DNA of 64,000 nt. Origin: Carcharhinus amblyrhynchos (Eukaryota). Position 1 is the stretch's first letter. Each line of letters starts with the position of its first letter. The DNA lies in assembly GCA_965287045.1 (NCBI GenBank), contig OZ336872.1, forward strand, positions 98,270,001 to 98,334,000, written 5' to 3'. The notes below the pieces were generated by a model. The model was given only the letters and a program-made list of their open reading frames with translations. It had not been told where the DNA came from and did not search any database. Below are positions 37,076 through 48,299 of the stretch, one piece after another. Both the position numbers and the translations under genes were made by a program.

Positions 37076-37409
37076 TATCATCTTTACATATTGCAGCAGC
37101 ATCTATAATATACCTTGTGTAGCAGCTTTGAACTACACAAAAAGTTCTACCATGAAATAAGTAATTAGTGATTGGTTTAACAGTTAAAAGTGGAAAACCA
37201 AATGCTGCATGCGAGGAAAAAAATTGGAAATGTTCAGCAGGTCAAGTAGCATTTCATCAGAACTATATGGGTATATGAGGGCTTTTGGGACAATGTAGTA
37301 CAAATGGTCCAGATCTGAACAAGCAAAGGTATGCATGCTTATTTAGGAGATTGAAACTGAATCTTCTCAGTAAAGGTCAATTAATGAGGATAAAATCTTT
37401 CCCAATCAG

Positions 37410-37569
37410 GAAGCTGAGAAGATGGTAGCATCTTTGCAGGATAATGCCTTGGATGATGAAAGACTGACAGCGCAAATTCAGGATAAACGAACTAAAGCTT
37501 CTACCTTGCCACTGTCGCATGATGCTGCGATGAAATGGTTTTATAAAGATCCACAAGGAGAAATACAAG
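37410..37569 (+). CDS. GIGYF2: GIGYF2 exon, start of GYF domain (EAEKMVASLQD...KWFYKDPQGEIQ)
   Basis: ATCAG| acceptor, AAG|GTATAC donor, 160 nt, phase 0/1; WxYxDxxGxxQG GYF signature. Confidence 0.96.
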
Positions 37570-37675
37570 GTATACACATTGGGATCACAGAAGTTTGCAA
37601 TGTGCCAGATTGAAGTCTGGCATAACTTGAATTTCCCTACTTCATTTACAATTTTAGTGCTTTTACTGCTACTTT

Positions 37676-37888
37676 TACTACTGTTTAAAATCAGCGAGGA
37701 GGGAATCAGGAGATTCACTGCTTCAAATCGCAAAAAGGGAATTGGGAACTTCACTGTTTAAAATCAGCGAGGAGGGTGCAGGGAAATTCACTGTTTAAAA
37801 TCAGTGAGGAGGGAGCCACGAGCTTCATTGTGTAAAATCAGCGAGGAGGGAGCCGGGAGCTTCATTGTGTAAAATCAGCAAGAAGGGC
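37676..37888 (+). repeat. About 6 copies of a ~37-bp tandem repeat (ttcactgtttaaaatcagcgaggagggagccgggagc-like), probably a CR1 5' UTR
   Basis: Read directly; lies upstream of a CR1 ORF1-like start. Confidence 0.85.
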
Positions 37889-38726
37889 ATTTCTGATGCT
37901 GAAGAAATTGAGTGAAAAGGCAACTGACAGCACAGGATACTAGTAAGTTGATTGGCTGGTAAGTGTTTGGTATAAAGGACCATATATTTATTAATAGCTA
38001 GCATAAGACTTCAGTGTTAAGGTAGATCAATAAATAAAACAGATTTTAAAATATAATATAAAACTTCAAATAACTATCTAAAACACATACCTGCTTATTA
38101 AGAATTGTATAACTTTTAGTAATAAGTGTTATTAGCATTAAATAAGCACATTAATATAATATAAATAGAAATTATGTTAAGTTAATGAAGAAAGTAATTA
38201 CATTGAATTAAGTAACGTAACAATGGCAGGACAAGTGTTTTGCTGCAGCTGTGGAATGTGGGAGTTTTTGGATGAAAAGGCAATCCAGGACAAACTGATC
38301 TGCAGAAGGTATAAGCAACTAGAGGAATTGTTCAGGATTATCGATCTGGAAGTCGAACAGGAGAGAAATATCTGGGTTCTTGTTTCAGGAGACAGTCACA
38401 CCCCTTAGGATAGGGTTGTCTGTTTTGGTCAGCGGTGAAGAACAGGAGGATGTGACTGTGAGTGAGGCAGCTAAAGGGACGGAACAGATCAAAGTGGAGG
38501 GGCTCTAACTTTGCAGTTGTCAAATAGGTTTGAGGTGCTTGCAACCTCTGGATGAAAAAAATCCATCACCACAGTGCACTCAGATAAATTCAAGGTAATC
38601 AGCCAGAGTCAAGATTGTTTTGTGAAAGGGAAATCATATTTCCAACTGATTGGAGTTCTTTGAAGAATTTACATATGGTTTGGATAAAGGGGGCAGTAAT
38701 GGATGTACTGTACTTAGATTTCCAGG

Positions 38727-39215
38727 AGTCATTTGATTTGTTATTGTCACATGTATTAATATACAGTGAAAAGTATTGTTTCTTGCGCTAGACAGACAAA
38801 GCACACCATATATAGAGAAGAAAAGGAGTGCAGAATGTGGTGTTACAGTCATAGTTAGGGTGTAAAGAAGGATCAGCTTATTGCGAGGTAGGTCCATTTA
38901 AAAGAATGATGCTAATAGGGAAGAAGTTCTTGGTCAGTTGGTATGCATCCTCAGACTTTAGCATCTTTTTCCCAACAGAAGAAGGTGGAAGAGGGTATAT
39001 CTGGGGTGCATGCGGTCATTGATTATGCTGGTTGCTTTTCCAAGGCAACGGGAACTGCAAATAGAGGCAAAGAAAGGGAGCTGGTTTGCACGATGGACTG
39101 GGCTTCTTCCATGACCATTTGTAGTCTTTTGTGGTGTTGGACAAAGCAGGAGCAATACCAAGTTGTGATACAACCAGAAAGATGCTTTCTATGGTGCCTC
39201 TGTAAAAGTTGGAAA
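38727..39215 (-). mobile_element. Rex1/Babar LINE 3' fragment nested in CR1
   Basis: Reverse complement of 17545-18047; LSGCITTWY. Confidence 0.8.
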
Positions 39216-42200
39216 GGTACTACATCTAAGGGTGTTGCGAAAAATGGAAGGAGGTAATAGATTGCCACAAATAGAAGGTAAGCTAGCTAATAGGAACAGT
39301 AGGCATGAGTGTGTCTCTTAAGAAATTATACGTGTTTTTTTAATCCAATATGAATTAAGTAGGGACAATTAGTTGTTTTCCTTAAAATATTTAATAATGG
39401 AATGATTTTCTGAAATTAATACCTTTTTGGAAAACAATGCAAAAAATTATAAAGGCGTAGTTCACACTATTTCAGATGTCTGTACTTCGACTTTTTTAAA
39501 AACCCCACACAAGTTTAACATGAAGGAAAATTTTTGTGTTTGCCTTTACTTCAAGTGATTTTGAGATATTTGATTTGGTTGATCTGGCAGTTAAAGAAAA
39601 GATATCCCTTGGTACTGCTACCTGGTACTGATGTATCCTGGAGAATGTACATGTTCAGAGTGCATTATCCAGATTCAGCTCACAGCGTCACGACTCTGGC
39701 CAAGGAAACAAGGTTAAGACCGTGGATTTTTGCAGAAGGCTGAGCCCTTCACTCAAACAGTGGCTTAACAGACAAAAGGCATTGCCATGGATTAATCTGT
39801 TATTGTGATATGGGGTTTTTATTATTTAAACCATGACTTTGTACATTAGAGATGGGCTTATTGAGGGAATGTAGGGGCAAGCCACTGTGAAAAAAATTAG
39901 TAAAGCATTTTGAGAGAGCTGTGCAACCCAGTGACTGAATTATGCAGAGTAAAGAGTTTTTAAAAGGACTGAAGCCTTCCAAAAAAATCCAGTGCTTTGA
40001 GATGATGGGGAAAGGTGAGTTGAAGCACACAATTAATATTGCAAGGATTTCACCATTGAAGGTGCATGGAGAGGAAGAATGTGTAAAGCAACATTTTTAC
40101 CTTGGGAAAGAAAAAACCTGAAAGAAATTATGGTTAATAGTAGAGCAAAGCCTGGTTAAGGAAATGAAGTATTAGTATAACAGTCCCATAATTATAATTC
40201 CTAATAATTTTGTTAAGTCATTTTAAGTGAATTGGCTTTCCACTGCTTCCCAAGGGGGTCTCCTAAGATACTGCTCTCTTTTGTATGGTAAATTAAACTG
40301 GTAAACTATCATGGCTGAATTAAGTTAGAGCAAGCCATGTCATGCAGTAGAATTTTTTTACAGCAGGAGAAAGTTGCAAGAGGGGTGGAACATTCCTCTT
40401 TGCCCAATTGTTTATAGTAAAATCATTTGATTGAAGTATCTAGGCTAATTGGACAATCTTGTTGGCAAATGATTGTTAATTTGAATTAGCTCTCGTAAAA
40501 TATCAAAAAACTGTTTGTAACAACAAAGGGAGGATTGAGTTAAGAGAAAAATTATTTGTTGGATAACCAACCTTTTCTTGTATCCATTCCAGGAGAGCAA
40601 GGAGATATCAGAGCTCCCCAGGTATTGAATTTGAATTCCAAAAATTCTGTGCCTCCAAATTATCAAATGGTGTATATGACTTATTCTTAGCATCCATTCT
40701 GAGGTTTTGGCATGTGATGGTTTTCAACTGCAGTGCAGTGTTAATGCGGCATATCTTGGGTATTGGCTCAACTCAGAAGTGCAGTATGAAAAAGACAGTT
40801 ATTTTCTTTATAGGAAGATCACCTAGAAGAGGTTCATGTGCACCAGTAACAACAAAAGTTAACTACACGATAAAATAATAGATCGCAAAGACCCAACAAA
40901 AGTAAACCTTGAGGCCTACAGATGATTTACATTGAGAATTAGGAATTGCAGAGAAGAATTTCTGACTCTAAAGTCAACAGCCCACTAAAATGTAACTGAT
41001 CACACCTGAGTGCCATATTCAGCAATGCACTTGAGTATATGCACTTGGTTCTTACAACATGTATGTAGAGCTTTTCCTTTCCCAACTTCATAATGATCTG
41101 ACTTTTCTAACTTAATATTGATAAAAATAAAGTTATTGTTTTGCATCTACAGTTCTCTAAACTGTGCACAAGTGCTGTTATGCTGCATTCTGTTTATAAG
41201 CAGTGCTCTTTAAGACACTGTCAGAAATTAAAAGGTGCTGCTCACAACAAAGAAGACTTAGAGCAATCATTGTGCTCGCCCTTGAATAGACTGTTAATTT
41301 TGCTTGTATCAGTGAGTTTGATTTTTAAGTAAAGAAAGGAGCACTTGGAAGAACATGTCTCGCTTTATCACAAATAATAAGCTGTTATAAAAATCAAAAT
41401 AATTTTACCTTTTGCTGCTGAATTTGAACAGCGCCATGTCCTCATCTGTTCTGGAACTGGAAACTAAATTGTTCTTTTAAAAAGCTTTAGCTGGTTAGGT
41501 TATTTTGACCTGTATAATACCACCGTGACATGTCTCACACAAACTTGTCACTGCTGGGAGCAGTTAAGAGATCAGCATGTCAATAAAATATACTGAGTGT
41601 AGATGTTTTGGTAAATAGTGGAACACCTCTATTCTACAAATTAGTAGTAATTTGTTCAAGTCACACAACTTTGATAACCAAAGTGTTGTAAATTGATCTT
41701 TCACACCTTAGAGATGGTGTGAATGTCATTGAAGTGAAGCTAATGAAATTTCTATCGCAAATTCTAAATGGCATTCAGCTTTCCTAATAAAAATATATTG
41801 AATCATTCTTTCAATTCAGCAGACTGTCCACTCTCACTGGAAATTTTTTTTCTACATTTCCAATGGATTGCTAAAATGAGGAAGTGATAAGTCAGGCTGA
41901 TGATTCATTTTAATTCAATTCATTAATGTTGCAGTAACAAAAATCTAGGCTTTTCAGAGTTTATATTCAACATATGTAGTTGTATATCATATACAGCAAT
42001 GAACAATGTGTTGAATTTTATTCCTCTTTTAACTTTATCTAAGTTTAATTTTTGTTGTCAAATGAAGACTGATAGGTGATCAAAGTGGCCAGAAACTGAT
42101 ATGTGGTTAACTATTTAAAATCCAATCATACTAGCATTCACCGGTTAAACAATCACAGGTGGGAAATTTTACAGTCTATTGTGCTGCTGGCAATCTTGGT

Positions 42201-43117
42201 GCTTAATCGTCTTTGTCGTGCAACCTGTCTCTCCCATTTGTATTCATAATCATCACCTGCCTCCCTGAGAAAATGTCCTTGATTGGTTGATCCACCCCAA
42301 ACAGTCCCATTTCCAACTTCTGAAAAGTCCTTGAATATATCATTGATTTCCAAATTTGTATTTCTTTGGACATTCCCTGTTTAAATTTGTCTGTCCTCAT
42401 TTTTGCCCGTTCTGAGCATCAAAACTGTAGTATGTAACCTTTGTGACTGTATACTTCATTCTTATTTGCAGATTTTGATGGATTGCCACATTTCTCTCCA
42501 TTGATCTGACTAAATATCTAGTTCCTTAGAACTCTCTTCATAGTACCATTTTCATCCAGATGAAATTAACCTACATATCAGAAACAGTAGTTTCTCTTTC
42601 CCTGAGTTGATCTCGCATAACCCTTTCCTCATCTACAAGAATATATATGATACTATTGAGCTTTACATCCCTAACATTACTTTTTAAGTCTTAATTTATT
42701 TCCATGCTTTCAGATGTTCTGGCTGACATCAAGTTTTGGATGATTCATAAACTCTGTCAGCACAGTATTGTTCAAATCAAAGCAATCACATCAGCCACTG
42801 GCTCACACACCAGTTCCTAACCACCAATTCTATGCTCTCCCTTGATCATTCAGGCATAATCCGACCTATTGTCTTGAGATATGTTTGATCTGAACTTGGT
42901 TTTCGATATCATATTCAGTCCAATCCCTCGTTCCATTCCTGCTATTCTCCCCATGCAAAAAATTATCCTGTAAACTTGGTGCATCAACTGCTGACATTGT
43001 CATTCATGTGACAATCACCTCCAGACTTGATTATTCCCATTGCTCTCCTTGCTGGCCTTCCATCCTCTACACTAATCTTTTAAATTATACTTCGTATGTA
43101 CTAAATTGCTGTTACTT

Positions 43118-43389
43118 ATCCTAGAATCCCTACAGTGCAGAAGGAGGCCAATTGATCCATCGAGTCTGCACCAACCACAATCCCACCCAGCACACTCCCC
43201 CGGACACTAAGTGGCAATTTAGCATGGTCAGTCAACCTAACCTGCACAACTTTGGAGTGTGGGAGGAAACCCCTGCAGACACGGGGAGGATGTGCAAACT
43301 CCACAGAGTCAGTTACCCAAGCTTGGAATTGAACCCTGGTCCCTGGCGCTGTGATGCAGCAGTGCTAACAACTGTGCCGTCATGCTGCC
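43118..43389 (-). mobile_element. tRNA-derived SINE
   Basis: gggcagcatgacggcacagttgttagcactgctgc...gggttcaattcc. Confidence 0.88.
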
Positions 43390-43589
43390 CACTTATTATC
43401 TCCATCCTTTCAAAACATTTAAATTTATTCTCCATGGCTTGGTCAACCCTACCTTGTGTGTCTTTTTTCCAGTCCTGGTTTCCTCCCAAAAGTGATGTTT
43501 CTCCTGAATCTATGTGCTGTGCTTCTTGTCCTACCATTGATGACTGTGGATTTACCTGTCCTGTTCTTTGAAACTCCCACTGGAACCTA

Positions 43590-44854
43590 CATCTCTCCAC
43601 TTTCCCTCCATCTTTCCACTTTCCCTCCATCTTTCCACTTTCCCTCCATCTCTCCACTTTCCCTCCATCTCTCCACTTTCCCTCCATCTCTCCACTTTCC
43701 CTCCATCTCTCCACTTTCCCTCCATCTCGCCACTTTCCCTCCATCTCGCCACTTTCCCTCCATCTCGCCACTTTCCCTCCATCTCGCCACTTTCCCTCCA
43801 TCTCGCCACTTTCCCTCCATCTCGCCACTTTCCCTCCATCTCGCCACTTTCCCTCCATCTCGCCACTTTCCCTCCATCTCGCCACTTTCCCTCCATCTCG
43901 CCACTTTCCCTCCATCTCGCCACTTTCCCTCCATCTCGCCACTTTCCCTCCATCTCGCCACTTTCCCTCCATCTCGCCACTTTCCCTCCATCTCGCCACT
44001 TTCCCTCCATCTCGCCACTTTCCCTCCATCTCGCCACTTTCCCTCCATCTCGCCACTTTCCCTCCATCTCGCCACTTTCCCTCCATCTCGCCACTTTCCC
44101 TCCATCTCGCCACTTTCCCTCCATCTCGCCACTTTCCCTCCATCTCGCCACTTTCCCTCCATCTCGCCACTTTCCCTCCATCTCGCCACTTTCCCTCCAT
44201 CTCGCCACTTTCCCTCCATCTCGCCACTTTCCCTCCATCTCGCCACTTTCCCTCCATCTCGCCACTTTCCCTCCATCTCGCCACTTTCCCTCCATCTCGC
44301 CACTTTCCCTCCATCTCGCCACTTTCCCTCCATCTCGCCACTTTCCCTCCATCTCGCCACTTTCCCTCCATCTCGCCACTTTCCCTCCATCTCGCCACTT
44401 TCCCTCCATCTCGCCACTTTCCCTCCATCTCGCCACTTTCCCTCCATCTCGCCACTTTCCCTCCATCTCGCCACTTTCCCTCCATCTCGCCACTTTCCCT
44501 CCATCTCGCCACTTTCCCTCCATCTCGCCACTTTCCCTCCATCTCGCCACTTTCCCTCCATCTCGCCACTTTCCCTCCATCTCGCCACTTTCCCTCCATC
44601 TCGCCACTTTCCCTCCATCTCGCCACTTTCCCTCCATCTCGCCACTTTCCCTCCATCTCGCCACTTTCCCTCCATCTCGCCACTTTCCCTCCATCTCGCC
44701 ACTTTCCCTCCATCTCGCCACTTTCCCTCCATCTCGCCACTTTCCCTCCATCTCGCCACTTTCCCTCCATCTCGCCACTTTCCCTCCATCTCGCCACTTT
44801 CCCTCCATCTCGCCACTTTCCCTCCATCTCGCCACTTTCCCTCCATCTCGCCAC
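43590..44854. repeat. 19-bp minisatellite (CCACTTTCCCTCCATCTCG)n, about 66 copies
   Basis: Read directly; near-perfect array; the 19-aa periodicity of the ORFs equals 3 units. Confidence 0.98.
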
Positions 44855-45307
44855 TGACAAAACCTTTGGTTATTTCGCCAATCTTAAGTTTCTGGCACAG
44901 TGTTTGTTTTCATTGCGCTCACTTGTGAAGTGCTATGGGATATTTCTCATCTTAAAGATACTATATAAACGTCGTCTTTAGTTTATGGTGCAAGAGGTTT
45001 AGCAGGCTCCGCAAAATTGATGTATTCTTTTGTTGTCTTTGTTACACACTTTTTATGTAGTGAGGGAAGCTGATTACTTCGAACTAATTCAATTGTATTA
45101 TCCTTTCACTTTAAACATGCTTACTCTTCAGTGTTTCCAACATTGTGTTAATCTGCTTTTCTCTGGAAGGATATTCCCCAGTACATCGCTGCCTGTAAAG
45201 CGTTTGTGCAAAATACTGTATTATCTTTATTACTCAGATTATTTTTCTATTCATAAATATTTATAAATTCATTTGAGGGATAAGCATTGATGATAAGACC
45301 AGCTATT

Positions 45308-46110
45308 TTACCCATCACTAATTACCTTTTGAGGTTGTGACATTCTGCAGTCCATTTGGTGTAGGTAAGTCCAAAGTGCTGTTAGGGAGTAAGTTTTAGA
45401 ATTTTGACCCAGTGACATTGAAGGAGGAGTGATGTAGTTCAAATAAGGATAGTATCTGCCTAGGTGGAGAATGTGCAGGTGGTAGTATTCCCATGGATTT
45501 GTGGCCCTTGTCTTATTAGATTTAGAAGATGCTGTCAAGAAGAGCATTGGTGAGTTTCTGCAGTGTATCGTCTCTGTGGTACACACACATGTTACTGTTC
45601 ACTGGTGGTAGGGAGAATAAATGTCTAATGTTGTGGATGGATATTGATCAATTTGGCTGCTTTGTCCTGAATGGTATCACACTCGGGTGGTTTTGAAACT
45701 GCACTCATCCCAACAAGTGGCAAGTATTCTATCACACTACCTTTGTAGAGGGCAGACCTTGCTGAATTAGAAGTTGAGTTGCTCACCACACAATTCCCAA
45801 TCTTTGACCTGCACTTGTAGCTGCAGTATTTATATGGCTGGTCTCATCAGGTTTCTGGTCAATTATAATTCCCAGATGTTAATGTTGGGGGATCCAGTGA
45901 CGATCATCGTCATAAAGTGATAGTTAGATTCTTTCTTGGAGATGTTCATTGCTTGGCCCAAGTTGCTGTCCAGGCCTTGCTGCATGCAGACATGGGCTAC
46001 TTCAGATTCTGAGGAGTTGCAAATCGTATTGAAAACTGCAATTGGTGAACATTTCACTTCTGACCTTATGATGGAGGGAAGATCATTAAAGCAGTTGAAA
46101 ATGCTTAGGC
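45308..46110 (-). mobile_element. Degraded LINE 3' portion
   Basis: IFNCFNDLPSIIRSEV RT-like peptide; homologous to 55750-56800 and 30600-30810. Confidence 0.7.
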
Positions 46111-46659
46111 TACGTACTCTGACAAATTCTTGTCTCAGCCTATCTATGGCTGGAAACCTCATCACCACCATGCCTTTGTCTCTTTTGGACTCAGCTAAGC
46201 CATTGCACTTCTGGCCAATTCACCTTCCTGTGCCATTTGTAATAGAATTTCGCTCTTGTCCTAATCCATTCATTGCTTTTGACATCAGGTTCCCCAAGGA
46301 CTCCAATTTAAAATTCTCATCCTCCTATTCAAACTCTTTCACTGGTTGCGCTTTTTTGACCAATAAATTATCTAAAGTTGATTACCAATAAGCAAAAAGA
46401 AATAATTTGTATTTAGCATCTGTCATAACCTAAACATTCCTGGGTGCATCACTGTTGTAATGTGGGGGAGGAGCCCTTGTTCTCTGTGGGTTGCTTTCTC
46501 CCCACATTTACCCATATTATTCCTGGATTTCTTGTTTTGCTGAACAGGAAGAAGGTTTAGTCTTCCCTCTTTGAGTTGACCAATTGCACTTCCCATCTAA
46601 CTTTTCACTGCCCTTCTTGGAGTGAGTTCTGCCAGTCAGCTTTCTCTTGAGCTTGTACG

Positions 46660-46770
46660 GAAACAAAATACTGCAGACGCTAGAAATCTAAACACAAAAT
46701 AAATGCTGGAAATACTCAAGCCAGGCAACATTTGGGGAGTGAAAACCAGCATTGAGGTTAATGACTTTCC
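46660..46770 (-). mobile_element. Penelope-like repeat fragment
   Basis: aaacaaaatactgcagacgctagaaatct...aaatgctggaaatactc. Confidence 0.6.
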
Positions 46771-47960
46771 CATTAAACTTGCTTGAACGTAGCATTGCCA
46801 GTTCTGAATGTTATCCTGCAAGCGTTCAGATATATTGGTGAGCTGGTTACTGTCTCAAACCAATATGAATAGCGTATTTAATTACTAATTTGTTTCCTTT
46901 TGGGAAAATTCACTAGCCCACCTGGTCTCCCTTTGTGTGAGCTGTTTCCGTTTTTTTATTGAAAATGATAAATCTTTGGTAATTAATCCTGAAAAATCTA
47001 GATTTAGTTTTATATCAGAACTATATTATAACTTCAGCCAAAGATCTTTCAAGGCCAAAAAGCCAGACTATGTGAGAAACCACCTATCAAAATTCTAGCC
47101 CAGTGCGTTGTAAATTAGATGCCAAACAATGTAGTCATGTAACAAAGATAAGAGTTTTATCAAAGTGCAACTGAGAATTAAGCCACATAGTTGTGAACTA
47201 TTATAGATATGCGGTTAATGTCTGCCTCAGTCTTTTTATTCTGTATTTATTTTTCCATTAGAATTGTATATTTTAAAATTTATAGATATGCAGGTTAATC
47301 TAACTGGAAAATACCAATTTATAAGTTTTAGCTGTGGGTGCTAATACTTAAGTCATTTAACTGAAAAGCAATAGCTTTTTGAAAAAGTATATGGACTTGC
47401 ATTTATGTTGCACCTTTTCATAATTTTGTAGTGCTTTGAAACATCTTGAAGGCAATAAGTCTGTCATTTTTGGATTCCAGCTCTTGCCACAATGGCTAAT
47501 ATCTAATGTAACTCCTATAAATTCTTAATCTCTGAATTTTTGTGGCACTGAAGTCTTGGGCCACTTTTTGTGATTGCATTAATGCTTGTGTGGTAATCAT
47601 AACTGTATAAACAGCATCTCCAAATCTTCCAGGAATAATTCTGAATAATCAGGTAAGTACGTTAGAAGTCTGAAGTCTCACCTAATTTAAAGCAGAATTT
47701 TTGGGAAAATTATGCTCTTTTCATAAATGCTGTTGAAAACACAGACTGCATAATATAGCTACTGTGTGACTTTCCTAAATATCTTATTTTCATATTGCAG
47801 TACTACTTTTATTTCAAAAGGCAGCATTGTCATCTGTTGGTACAAGATCTCTTGTGGATGACTTGGACCTTTTTATTGGTAGAACGTGAGGCAATGTACT
47901 GGTCAAACCTTTTAGTAGTAGATTATTTTAAATATGTATTCATTTATTCACACACTCCAG

Positions 47961-48127
47961 GGCCTTTCACTAACCAAGAAATGGCAGAATGGTTCCAGGC
48001 AGGCTACTTCACCATGTCTTTATTCGTAAAGAGAGGCTGTGATGAGGGCTTCCAGCCTTTGGGAGAGGTCATTAAGATGTGGGGCAGGGTACCTTTTGCT
48101 CCAGGACCCTCTCCTCCTCCATTGCTG
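47961..48127 (+). CDS. GIGYF2: GIGYF2 exon, GYF domain core (GPFTNQEMAEWFQAGYF...PFAPGPSPPPLL)
   Basis: TCCAG| acceptor, CTG|GTAAGA donor, 167 nt, phase 1/0; GPFxxxxMxxWxxxGYF motif. Confidence 0.97.
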
Positions 48128-48299
48128 GTAAGAACATTTACATAAGCTCCAATGAGAAATGCATAAGTAATCATTTACGATAATACATGTGCATGATAAG
48201 AGTGTTTTATGAGGCAAACTAAAATTGAATTGGAATAGAAGTATTGTTTGGCTCTAACTTTGAATTTGCAAAGCACATGTTGGCAAATGTGTTCTCCAT

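Larger units (their letters stand above)
37676..39310 (+). mobile_element. Internally deleted CR1 LINE retaining its 5' end and ORF1 start, interrupted by Rex1
   Basis: MAGQVFCCSCGMWE...LICRR.KQLEEL zinc-finger/zipper ORF1-like at 38223; RT remnant (FVKGKS...LEFFEE...DVLYLDFQ) at 38580-38726. Confidence 0.75.
42800..44980 (+). mobile_element. Old L2-like LINE 3' remnant interrupted by a SINE and a minisatellite
   Basis: VIH..ITSRLDYS..LLAGLP-like sequence at ~43000-43065; L2-type terminus 'tgtgaagtgctatgggat...aaagatactatataaa' at 44924-44970. Confidence 0.6.

Noticed and set aside
37676-37888. CRISPR-like spaced repeats
   Set aside because: The units are contiguous tandem copies with related inter-repeat sequence, not unique spacers. 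The context is eukaryotic and there are no cas genes.
43313-44928. Five 419-515 aa ORFs on both strands
   Set aside because: They arise from a stop-free 19-bp tandem repeat and give the same periodic peptide in every frame. There is no evidence of a gene.
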